Below are positions 25,839 to 33,877 of a stretch of DNA of 55,724 nt, piece after piece. Positions within the stretch are counted from its first letter, which is position 1, and every line of letters starts with the position of its first letter. The position numbers and the translations under genes were made by a program. The notes beneath the pieces are model-generated. The model worked only from the letters and a program-made list of their open reading frames with translations, was not told the DNA's origin and made no database searches. Source of the DNA: Deltaproteobacteria bacterium (GTDB lineage Bacteria > Myxococcota_A > UBA9160 > SMWR01); contig JAFDEI010000007.1 of NCBI GenBank assembly GCA_019310425.1, forward strand, positions 1 through 55,724, in the 5' to 3' direction.

Positions 25839-28808
25839 ATGATGACCCACACTCCTCTGCGTGCATCACTGGTTTGTCTCACCCTCTTGCTCCTACCTCT
25901 CGCCGCTTTCGGCAAGAGTGCAGTGACGCAACCGGCCAGCCTGCCCGACTCGGCGACACTCACGAAGTGGATCGAGGAAACCAAGCAGTCACCGAAAGGG
26001 CCGTTCGACGCCATCAAGTGGTTCTGTGCCGACGGAACGATCCTGCCGCCGAAAGCCTATGCCTGTGCGAAGCACGGCGGCGGAATCCAGCATGGCCTCT
26101 ATATCGATCGGATCACCAAGATGCGCGAGGGCGGCTACGCGGTCGCCAACCTGATTGCCGATCTGAAATACGATCAGTTCGCAGGCGAAGGGGCCGACCT
26201 GCTGACACTGAGCCAGATCCTGGTCGAGCGATATCTGGTCGGCGTCGACAACGGCTGGATCTTCCGCAACGCCTATACCTACCGCGGTGCGTTCCAGATC
26301 GAAGACGAAGAGGCCGCCGCGGCTGTGATCGTCGCCGCCATGATCCTCGACCCGGCCTGGCGGACACCGGAACGCTTCATGATGGTGCGCGAGACCGTGC
26401 GGCTGTTCCCGCTCCAGGGCGACACGGATCTGGCATCGAAGGTCCGCAACATGGCGATCCAGATCGCGGACAAGGACTCCGGCTTCGCCAAGCTGCGCGC
26501 AAAGATCCACGGCGCGCCGCAACGCGAAGACGCGGCTTCGGTCCGGAGCTACGCAGAGACGAAGGGAAAGCCGGAAATCGCTTCGCTGTACCAGGAGATC
26601 GCGCGAGACATCGAGTCTCTCTACGCAACCGCAGGCTCGATTGCCGCGATCCAGGATCTCGCGAAGCAGACGCAGAATCCCAGCCTGGCCGATTTCCTCC
26701 GCAAGGCTGCCAGACGCCTCGAGTCCAACAGCGACCCGGTCACGCGAATCGAAGCGGCGAGCCAGCTCATGGCCAAACTGCGTGTGATGTTTCAGAAGTC
26801 CCAGGTCGACGCGAGCGGCCTCGAGATCCTCCAGGCCAGTCTCGCCCTCGAACGCGATGCGTTCACCGCCGGCAACACGCTGCTGTCGAACCTCTCGAAG
26901 GCCAACCGCCGCGAGCGCATGCGATGGTTGAGCGTCAGCTCCGAGGGCCTCTACGGCGCCGGTTTCCTGAGCCGCCGGCAGTTCGCGGAGCTGCGCGGCG
27001 AGACCAACAAGGTCGCAAGCAAACGCAAGGTCAACGTCAAGCGCTACCGCGAAATGCTGAACTACCTCGCCCGCGTGCCGGAGTGGTCGTCACGCTGGCT
27101 GGAATTCAACTTCGGGCGAGCCGTCGCGGGCTTCGCGACCTTCGAGCCGCTCGCGCACCTCTACCCGCAGGACCGCCTGCGCGGGAGCCCGGTGCTCTTC
27201 TTCGGCGCGGTCCTCGACAGCCTGGTCCTCGATGCGAACCAGCTGGCGGGCGTGCGTGGCGAATTGTTCGGCCGCAATATCGGAGCGGGCCTGCGTGGGC
27301 TCAACCCCGGCATCGCACGCGGCACGATCCACACTCCGAAGAACCTCGAGGGGGTCGGGAGCTTTGATCGCGAGGGCATCTACCTGCTGCCCGAGACGGT
27401 CTCCGACCTTCCCCCGGTATCCGGCATCCTGACGCAGGGTGAGGGAAGCTCGCTCTCCCACGTGCAGCTGCTCGCTCGGAACCTCGGCATTCCGAATGTG
27501 GTCGTGACCGAGTCACTGCTGCCCGAATTACGCAGCCTTGCCGGGAAGCGCGCGGTTCTCGCCGTCAGCCCCGGCGGCGTGGTTCAACTCAACAGCGACG
27601 GCCCGCAGTGGGACGCGATCTTCGGCACTGACAAGGGCGAGGTCGCCGACACCTCGGTCGAGATCCGTCCCGACCTCGAGAAGCTCGACCTCGACAAGAC
27701 CGGTATCCTCGAAATCAGCAAGCTTCGCGCGACCGACTCGGGTCGTTCTTCCGGGCCGAAGGGCGCCAACCTCGGCGAGCTCAAGTTCTACTTCGGTGAG
27801 CAGGTCCCCGACGGCGTCGTCATCCCGTTCGGCACGTTCCGGAAGGTGCTCGACCAGCCGCTCGAACCCGGCGGGCCCAAAGTCTTCGACTGGATGAAGC
27901 AGAGCTACGCAGAGATCGCAGAGCTCGACTCGAAACCCGAGGCGCAGAAGAAGCAGGTGTCCGCTTTCCTCGCGAAGCTCCGCGAGTGGATCACAAACGT
28001 CGATATCGGTGATGATTTTCGCAACAGCCTGCGCGACACACTCGAACGGAAATTCGGCCCCGATGGAACCTATGGCGTCTTCGTTCGCAGCGACACCAAC
28101 GTCGAGGACCTCGCCGGCTTCACGGGAGCCGGCTTGAACCTCACGGTGTTCAACGTCGTCGGCTTCGACAACATTCTCGCCGCGATCCATGACGTGTGGG
28201 CGTCGCCGTTCACCGAACGCGCCTACGGCTGGCGCCAGGGCAACATGAGCGATCCCGCCTACGTGTTTCCCGCGGTCGTTATCCAGGTCGCGTTTCCATC
28301 CGAGAAATCCGGCGTGATGGTCACCACCGACGTCGACCAGGGCGTTCCGGGCTGGCTGTCGATCGCCGTCAGCGAAGGCGTCGGCGGTGCGGTAGACGGC
28401 CAGGCCACCGAATCACTCCGCGTCAACTCCAGGACCGGTGAAGTGCAATTTCTCGCACAAGCGACCGCACCCGAGCGAACCGTACTGCTTTCGACCGGCG
28501 GAGTCGGCATGGCCCGTGCGAGCGGAACTGCGGCGGTGTTGAAGCGCGAAGAGATCGACAAGCTGATCGCGTTCGCAAGTGACGTCTCCAAGTTCCCATC
28601 GCTACGCGACGAGCAGGGCAACGAATTGCCCGCGGACATCGAGTTCGGCTTCAAGAACGGCACGCTCGCAATGCTCCAGATCCGCCCGTTCGTCGAGAGC
28701 GCCGCTGCTCAGCAGAACCTGTACCTACAACAGCTCGACGCGGGCCTGAGCGAGCGAGAACAGGCCATGGTCGATATCGACGGCATGCCGGGATCGGTAA
28801 CGCCGTAG
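25839..28808 (+). CDS. Signal-peptide-bearing dikinase-like protein: unknown N-domain + phosphohistidine swivel domain + PPDK_N-type ATP-grasp domain
   Basis: 989 aa from ATG 25839 (in frame with track ORF 25029..28808). Signal peptide MMTHTPLRASLVCLTLLLLPLAAFG/KS. The swivel motif is GIARGTIH...GIYLLPETVSDLPPVSGILTQGEGSSLSHVQLLARNLGIPNVVV. The nucleotide-binding domain reads GPKGANLGEL...VPDGVVIPFGTF...VFVRSDTNVEDLAGFTGAGLNLTVFNV...PAVVIQVAFPSEKSGVMVTTD...SEGVGGAVDG. Confidence 0.8.
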   Translation: MMTHTPLRASLVCLTLLLLPLAAFGKSAVTQPASLPDSATLTKWIEETKQSPKGPFDAIKWFCADGTILPPKAYACAKHGGGIQHGLYIDRITKMREGGYAVANLIADLKYDQFAGEGADLLTLSQILVERYLVGVDNGWIFRNAYTYRGAFQIEDEEAAAAVIVAAMILDPAWRTPERFMMVRETVRLFPLQGDTDLASKVRNMAIQIADKDSGFAKLRAKIHGAPQREDAASVRSYAETKGKPEIASLYQEIARDIESLYATAGSIAAIQDLAKQTQNPSLADFLRKAARRLESNSDPVTRIEAASQLMAKLRVMFQKSQVDASGLEILQASLALERDAFTAGNTLLSNLSKANRRERMRWLSVSSEGLYGAGFLSRRQFAELRGETNKVASKRKVNVKRYREMLNYLARVPEWSSRWLEFNFGRAVAGFATFEPLAHLYPQDRLRGSPVLFFGAVLDSLVLDANQLAGVRGELFGRNIGAGLRGLNPGIARGTIHTPKNLEGVGSFDREGIYLLPETVSDLPPVSGILTQGEGSSLSHVQLLARNLGIPNVVVTESLLPELRSLAGKRAVLAVSPGGVVQLNSDGPQWDAIFGTDKGEVADTSVEIRPDLEKLDLDKTGILEISKLRATDSGRSSGPKGANLGELKFYFGEQVPDGVVIPFGTFRKVLDQPLEPGGPKVFDWMKQSYAEIAELDSKPEAQKKQVSAFLAKLREWITNVDIGDDFRNSLRDTLERKFGPDGTYGVFVRSDTNVEDLAGFTGAGLNLTVFNVVGFDNILAAIHDVWASPFTERAYGWRQGNMSDPAYVFPAVVIQVAFPSEKSGVMVTTDVDQGVPGWLSIAVSEGVGGAVDGQATESLRVNSRTGEVQFLAQATAPERTVLLSTGGVGMARASGTAAVLKREEIDKLIAFASDVSKFPSLRDEQGNELPADIEFGFKNGTLAMLQIRPFVESAAAQQNLYLQQLDAGLSEREQAMVDIDGMPGSVTP

Positions 28809-28829
28809 TCGCGTATCAGAGACGGCGCA

Positions 28830-28851
28830 GGCGCGGGCAGCTGCCCGCGCC
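28830..28851. terminator. Perfect 22-nt GC-rich palindrome between convergent genes (possible bidirectional terminator hairpin)
   Basis: ggcgcgggc-agct-gcccgcgcc is self-complementary. It lies in the 45-bp gap between the stops at 28808 (+) and 28854 (-). It has no flanking T-run, so it is not a canonical intrinsic terminator. Confidence 0.45.
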
Positions 28852-28853
28852 GA

Positions 28854-29849
28854 TCAGGACGTCACGCCGTAGATGATGTCGTCGAGGGCCGTGATGATCT
28901 GGTCGAGCCAGACAGCGCCGTTCTTGTCGTTGCTGAGGACGACGGCGATGTACTTCCGGCCGTCGTGTTCGACGATCGCGCTGTCCGAGTGGTAGGTGCT
29001 CCAGGAACCCGACTTGCGGAACAGGGCTGCGGACGGATCCGTGCGACCCAACGCTTTCACGAACTTGTGTTTCAGCAGTGAATTGCCGAGGATGTCCTTC
29101 ATCTTCCGGCTGTGTTCCGGCGTGACGAGCTTCTCGGTCTCGAGCAGGTAGTAGAAGCGCGCCACCTGCATCGCGGTCGCGCCGTGCGAGAGGTTGTGCA
29201 GCGGATCGCGCCGCCACAGTCCCGACTTCGCGTAATCCTTGCCCACCCAGAGGCCGCCGTTGTGCTTGGGATCGTAGAGGCGATAGCGCGGCGACAGCAG
29301 AACACGCGCAATGTACTCCTTGCCGACTCGCTGCATCATCTCGGTCGCCGCCGTATTCGATGAGGCCTTGATCATCTTGTGCAGCTGCCATTCGGTCTCG
29401 AAGTCAAGCTTCATCTTGCCTTCGGCAATCTTTTCGAACGCTCCGAGCAGCACGGCGATCTTCGGCAAGCTCGCCGCGTACATCATCACGTCGCCGTTTA
29501 TCGAGGCCACGCGCGGCTTCGCCTTGTGAGTGACGTCGACCAGCACGACGGCCAGACGCTTCCGGCGCGCGTCGTCTGCGAGCTTCAGACGCTCGAGTGC
29601 AAGCGTGACGTCCTTCTGCAGCTGTGCATCGACGTAATCCCACAGGGGCGCGTCATCCTCGAAAGGCGCAATCTCGTCGAGCGCGTGCATGCCCTTGAGG
29701 ATCCGGTCTTCGATCACGTCCCAAGGGACGTCCTCGGGCGCCGGAACCGCGATCGAGCCACCGGGAATCTCGTCCGCAACAGCGGCTCCCCCCGCGAGCA
29801 AGGCCAACAGGGTCAGGAGACCGATCAATCTACGGCTATTCGGTGCCAT
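28854..29849 (-). CDS. Secreted class-A beta-lactamase-fold serine hydrolase
   Basis: 331 aa from ATG 29849: signal peptide MAPNSRRLIGLLTLLALLAGGAAVA, then SxxK (ASLPKIAV), SxN (ASSNTAA) and KxG (RKSGSWS) in the correct order and spacing. The ATG lies 14 nt inside the upstream transporter gene. Confidence 0.75.
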   Translation of the reverse strand: MAPNSRRLIGLLTLLALLAGGAAVADEIPGGSIAVPAPEDVPWDVIEDRILKGMHALDEIAPFEDDAPLWDYVDAQLQKDVTLALERLKLADDARRKRLAVVLVDVTHKAKPRVASINGDVMMYAASLPKIAVLLGAFEKIAEGKMKLDFETEWQLHKMIKASSNTAATEMMQRVGKEYIARVLLSPRYRLYDPKHNGGLWVGKDYAKSGLWRRDPLHNLSHGATAMQVARFYYLLETEKLVTPEHSRKMKDILGNSLLKHKFVKALGRTDPSAALFRKSGSWSTYHSDSAIVEHDGRKYIAVVLSNDKNGAVWLDQIITALDDIIYGVTS

Positions 29850-31296
29850 CCGGCAAAATCGCCTCCGAAGCTTTGCGGTGCTCACGAATCAGCACCACCG
29901 CGAACCAGATCCAGACCAGAACCAAGGCCACGTTGAACGCGAAGAAGGTACCGGTCTCCAGATCCAACCACTGAACCCCGATCAGGATCGTCAGCGCCGC
30001 CAGACCGTCCCCCATCCGGACATAAAGGGTATCGATCGCCGGCTTCCCGCGAAACTTCATCTCAGAGCTCACCGGCAGCCAGAGCACGTGTCGCGCGGTG
30101 TTGTTGAGCGAGTAATCCGTAGCATTTTCGGCGATCTTCATGAGCTTCACGATCGCGAGAACGGGCAGGAGCGCCATGATGGTGTAGGAGATCAGCGCGA
30201 TCACCGGCAAGATCATCAGCAACGGCGCGAAACCTCCGTATTTGAGGAGCCGCGACGCCACCAGCGATTGCAGCGCCAACGCTACGATGTTCACCCAGAA
30301 GAAAAAGTTCCCATAGAAGGCCGTCGTGCCGCTCTTGACGAATTCGTCTACCGCCCGCTCCCCGACGATACCCTGCTCCACGACCTGACTCGTGAGAGAC
30401 TCGTTCACCACGGCGTACAGCAGGTTTTCGCCGTTCGTATTGACCCAGTTGAGCAGCAGCGTCACAAGCGCGGCTGCGAGGATGAAGCGGCTCACGAAGA
30501 CCAGGCGTGCGCCACTCAGCAGAAACTGGAGTCCTTCGCCCTTCTGTTCTCCATCACCCTCGGGGGACAGCGGCGCCTGAGTCACATCGACGGCCTTGCC
30601 CGCGTCACGCTCGCGCGCCTCCACGATGCGCGTGAGCACAATGGACGCCAGCAGTGGAGCAATGGCGACCAGGAGCAGGTACTCGTTGGGCACGACGGCG
30701 GTCTTGGTCACCTCGTCCACTCGCGTCAACTCGCCGACGATCCACGACGCCGCGGCCGCGCCCGAAGTCGCACCGATCGCGATCATCGGCATCATTCGCT
30801 TGCCGCGTTCGTCGGTGTAGATGTCCGCGCAGAAGGTCCAGAACTGGGCGACGACGAACACCCCGAATATCCCCACCCAGAGATAGAAGAGGATCCCGGA
30901 CCACGGAAGCTTCCCGAAGAAGACGTCCGGCTGAAGGAAGAAGAAGACCAGCATGTTCGAGATGCAGAACAGGGTCGCGCGCGTGAAGAGCGGCGTTCGT
31001 CCCCAGCGCACTGCGAGCTGCCCGTACCAGCCGACGATCGGCAGAAGCAGCAGGGCCTGCGCGAAGCTCGAATACGCCTTGACCTCGATCGGCGCGAGCC
31101 CCACGATACCCGAGATCGACAGCCAACCTTCGCGCAACGGCTTGATGAAATAGTAGGCGCAGAGGATCAGGAAGACGTTCGCGAACATCAGCAGCGCAGT
31201 CGGCCCCTCGCCGGGGCGGACCTCGGTGAAGATTCGCAGGATGCGCTCGGTCCTCGAAAGCTGATTACTGGCCACGATTCCGACCCCGGGGCTCAA
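29836..31296 (-). CDS. Npt1/Npt2 (TLC, ATP:ADP antiporter)-family MFS transporter homologue
   Basis: 486 aa with about 12 TM. The N-terminal pattern RILRIFTEVRPGEGPTALLMFANVFLILCAYYFIKPLREGW parallels both the transporter domain at 22497..25703 and, from memory, the chlamydial/rickettsial Npt1 N-terminus (..KKVLPMFLMFF.I.FNYTILRDTKD). The start (TTG 31296 or a nearby GTG) is uncertain. Confidence 0.6.
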   Translation of the reverse strand: MSPGVGIVASNQLSRTERILRIFTEVRPGEGPTALLMFANVFLILCAYYFIKPLREGWLSISGIVGLAPIEVKAYSSFAQALLLLPIVGWYGQLAVRWGRTPLFTRATLFCISNMLVFFFLQPDVFFGKLPWSGILFYLWVGIFGVFVVAQFWTFCADIYTDERGKRMMPMIAIGATSGAAAASWIVGELTRVDEVTKTAVVPNEYLLLVAIAPLLASIVLTRIVEARERDAGKAVDVTQAPLSPEGDGEQKGEGLQFLLSGARLVFVSRFILAAALVTLLLNWVNTNGENLLYAVVNESLTSQVVEQGIVGERAVDEFVKSGTTAFYGNFFFWVNIVALALQSLVASRLLKYGGFAPLLMILPVIALISYTIMALLPVLAIVKLMKIAENATDYSLNNTARHVLWLPVSSEMKFRGKPAIDTLYVRMGDGLAALTILIGVQWLDLETGTFFAFNVALVLVWIWFAVVLIREHRKASEAILPDGTE

Positions 31297-31447
31297 GCCC
31301 CCGCGCCCGCAATGTAGTATCGGGTGCGGCCCGAAGCGAGGCGGAAGCGCGGATTGTTCGAATCATCCAGATCCGGGCGGATCGAGGGCGAGGGCGAGGA
31401 GAACTTTGCTGGGCGAGCCTTCGAGCACACGGAGTGTTGGCTCTGGA

Positions 31448-32257
31448 TCAGAACTCCACGTCGTTGAACGTCAACGCGACCTGCCAGGTCTTGAACGACA
31501 AGGTATCGCCGACCGCAGCTGCCGCGTACGCGATCGATTCATGGACCTCTTCCAGCAGCACGATCCCGCGAACCCGCTGCACCTTGCCGCTCAGATGCTT
31601 CGAAACCCAGCCGATTCGCTGGAGCATGTCCGCGATCAGGTCGGCGCCGTCATCGCAGCCGGCCACCATCACCACCACCAGACCACCCTGGGCATCCCGG
31701 GCGAGCAGGTCGATCTCGCCCACCGCCGACGTATACCCGACTCCCTGCGGCGTGCCCTTTTCGCTGGTGTAGATGGACAGACCGGGCTCGAGGAGCTCGG
31801 GTTGTTCGGCCAGCATCGCACGCAGTCCGTCCGGATCCGGTGAACCGACGGCTCGCGTCTTCGATCCGCTCGACACGGTCGGCGGATCGTCCTTCTCCTC
31901 GATCTCGTCCGACTCGGCCTCGCCCTTCGGAGCCCCGACCCGCGAGGGAACGTTCAATTCGACCTCAGCCGGCTCGTTCAGCTCGACTTCGGCGGGTTCT
32001 TCCAGCTCGACCTCGGGCACTTGATCCGTCATCTCTTCCACCTCGGCGGTCACGTCCAGCTCCTGGGAATCTCGGAGCTCGACATTCGTTTCACAGTCGG
32101 CCTGCGGCAGTGCCGTCCGCAAACGCGTCGGGCGGTCGGGCGTTCTCTGAATCGCGTTGCTTCCGCAATTCGGGCAGGCACTCCGCCCCTTGGCAATGCG
32201 GGTATTACAGACCTTGCAGAACATTCTGTTCTCCCTGGAATGAGCATCCGGGAACAC
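31448..32257 (-). CDS. Zinc-ribbon protein with acidic repeat linker and NucS/DUF91-like (PD-(D/E)xK fold) C-terminal domain, catalytic motif apparently degenerate
   Basis: 269 aa. It has CKVCNTRIAKGRSACPNCG (a CxxC...CxxC ribbon) and the tandem peptide PEVELEEPAEVELNEPAEVELN. The C-terminal part LEPGLSIYTSEKGTPQGVGYTSAVGEIDLLARDAQGGLVVVMVAGCDDG...VRGIVLLEE resembles 'GxIDLLxxD..G..vvvExK' of NucS, but with MVA in place of ExK. Confidence 0.5.
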   Translation of the reverse strand: MFPDAHSRENRMFCKVCNTRIAKGRSACPNCGSNAIQRTPDRPTRLRTALPQADCETNVELRDSQELDVTAEVEEMTDQVPEVELEEPAEVELNEPAEVELNVPSRVGAPKGEAESDEIEEKDDPPTVSSGSKTRAVGSPDPDGLRAMLAEQPELLEPGLSIYTSEKGTPQGVGYTSAVGEIDLLARDAQGGLVVVMVAGCDDGADLIADMLQRIGWVSKHLSGKVQRVRGIVLLEEVHESIAYAAAAVGDTLSFKTWQVALTFNDVEF

Positions 32258-32561
32258 ATCAACGCGTCGGAATCATGCTGTCTATCGGCGAATGGACGCA
32301 TGCCCTAGAGCGAAATTCGCGCCCGGAACGTCGATCAGACGCGCGTCCATCACAGCGAGCGCTGGTTCACCGCGCTCGCACTTCTCGGGCATCAGCGCCC
32401 GCTTCCCGTTCCTCAGCCCCGCGAATGCCCAGAAGCGCAGAACCGCGATATCTGTCGCCGTTGCCGGATTCATGGAATTCGTAGAGGTGAAGCACGAATA
32501 CTACGAGCCGTGAGTGCGTCGAAGCTAGCGAACGGAAGGCCGGTCGGGCAGAATTCACGAC

Positions 32562-33869
32562 GTGGCGCGAATACACCTTTGTCTCGGAGCTCTGCAATTC
32601 TTGCTGGTCGTGGCCGCACCGCTTCCACTACACGCAGACGAACACACCCTCGAGGACCACACCACGCTCTCGAGCGAGACCGACGCCGGCCCGGGCCTGT
32701 GGAGCGTAGCGCCCGAACGGGCCAACGAAGCGACACCCAGCGACGAGCAGCGCCGCACGATCGAGCAGCTGCAGGCGATTGGATACGTAGCCGGCTCGAG
32801 CGAGCCACGCGGCAACGGGATCACGTTGAACGACCCAGCCCGCGCATGGCCCGGAATCAATCTCTACACCTCGGGTCACGAACCCGTCGCGATCCTGATG
32901 GACATGGAGGGGCGTGAACTCCACCGCTGGAAATTCGAGTACCGCGACGCCTTTCCGGACTCGATCTGGGTCGACCACCCCAACACCGCGTGGTGGCGGC
33001 GCGCCTATCTCTACCCCAACGGCGACCTCCTCGCGATCGTCGAAGGCTTCGCCCTGCTGAAGCTCGACAAGAACTCGGAGCTGCTCTGGGCCAGCCCCGT
33101 CAGCGCCCACCACGACCTCGACATCCGTCCAAACGGCGATATCTACGTCCTGACTCGCGAGGCGAGCATCATTCCGAGAGTGAACCCGGAGGATCCGGTA
33201 CTCGAAGATTTCATCACGATCCTGCGACCGGACGGAACGGAGAAACAGAAGGTCTCGCTGCTCGAAGCATTCGAGAGTTCGAAGTTCGTGAACCTCTATC
33301 GCTCGCAGAATCGGAACCACGGCGACCTTTTCCATACCAACAGCCTGGAAGTCCTCGACGATCGCCTCAGCAAGCGCATGCCCGCCTTCCGGGCCGAGCG
33401 AATTCTCATTTCGATGAACAACCTGAGCGTGATCGCCGTCGTCGATCTCGATCAGCAGCGCGTGGAATGGGCGGTCAAGGGCGGCAGCCGCGGCCAGCAC
33501 GACCCGAAAATACTCGACGACGGCCATCTGCTGCTGTTCGACAACCGTTCGACACCCGGCGTTTCGAAGGTGCTGGAGTTCGACCTCTCGAAGGGGCGCA
33601 CGGTCTGGCAGTACCGCGGCACGAAGCAGCATCCGTTCTTCTCGAAGCATCTCGGAACCGCACAGCGCCTCCCGAACGGCAACACGCTGATCACCGAATC
33701 CGAATCCGGTCGTGCGTTCGAGGTAAGCCACGACAAGCGGATCGTCTGGGAGTTCTTCAATCCCCATCGAGCCGGCGAGAACGATCGCTATATCGCGACG
33801 ATCTTCGAGTTGCTGCGCCTGCCGCTCGACTTTCCGCTCGACTGGCTACCGAAGCACACGGGCGGCTGA
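32562..33869 (+). CDS. Arylsulfotransferase (ASST)-family beta-propeller protein, secreted
   Basis: 435 aa with signal peptide MARIHLCLGALQFLLVVAAPLPLHA. The repeated propeller-like segments carry HHDLDIRPNGDIYVL, LFHTNSLEVL, QHDPKILDDGHLLLFDN and AQRLPNGNTLITES, typical of the Arylsulfotran_2 family as I remember it. Confidence 0.65.
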   Translation: MARIHLCLGALQFLLVVAAPLPLHADEHTLEDHTTLSSETDAGPGLWSVAPERANEATPSDEQRRTIEQLQAIGYVAGSSEPRGNGITLNDPARAWPGINLYTSGHEPVAILMDMEGRELHRWKFEYRDAFPDSIWVDHPNTAWWRRAYLYPNGDLLAIVEGFALLKLDKNSELLWASPVSAHHDLDIRPNGDIYVLTREASIIPRVNPEDPVLEDFITILRPDGTEKQKVSLLEAFESSKFVNLYRSQNRNHGDLFHTNSLEVLDDRLSKRMPAFRAERILISMNNLSVIAVVDLDQQRVEWAVKGGSRGQHDPKILDDGHLLLFDNRSTPGVSKVLEFDLSKGRTVWQYRGTKQHPFFSKHLGTAQRLPNGNTLITESESGRAFEVSHDKRIVWEFFNPHRAGENDRYIATIFELLRLPLDFPLDWLPKHTGG

Positions 33870-33877
33870 CGGGCGGC

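Noticed and set aside
31384-31400. (gagggc)x3 microrepeat in the gap between the NucS-like gene and the transporter gene
   Set aside because: It is too short (17 nt) and low in complexity, and it has no associated structure or second copy in the window.
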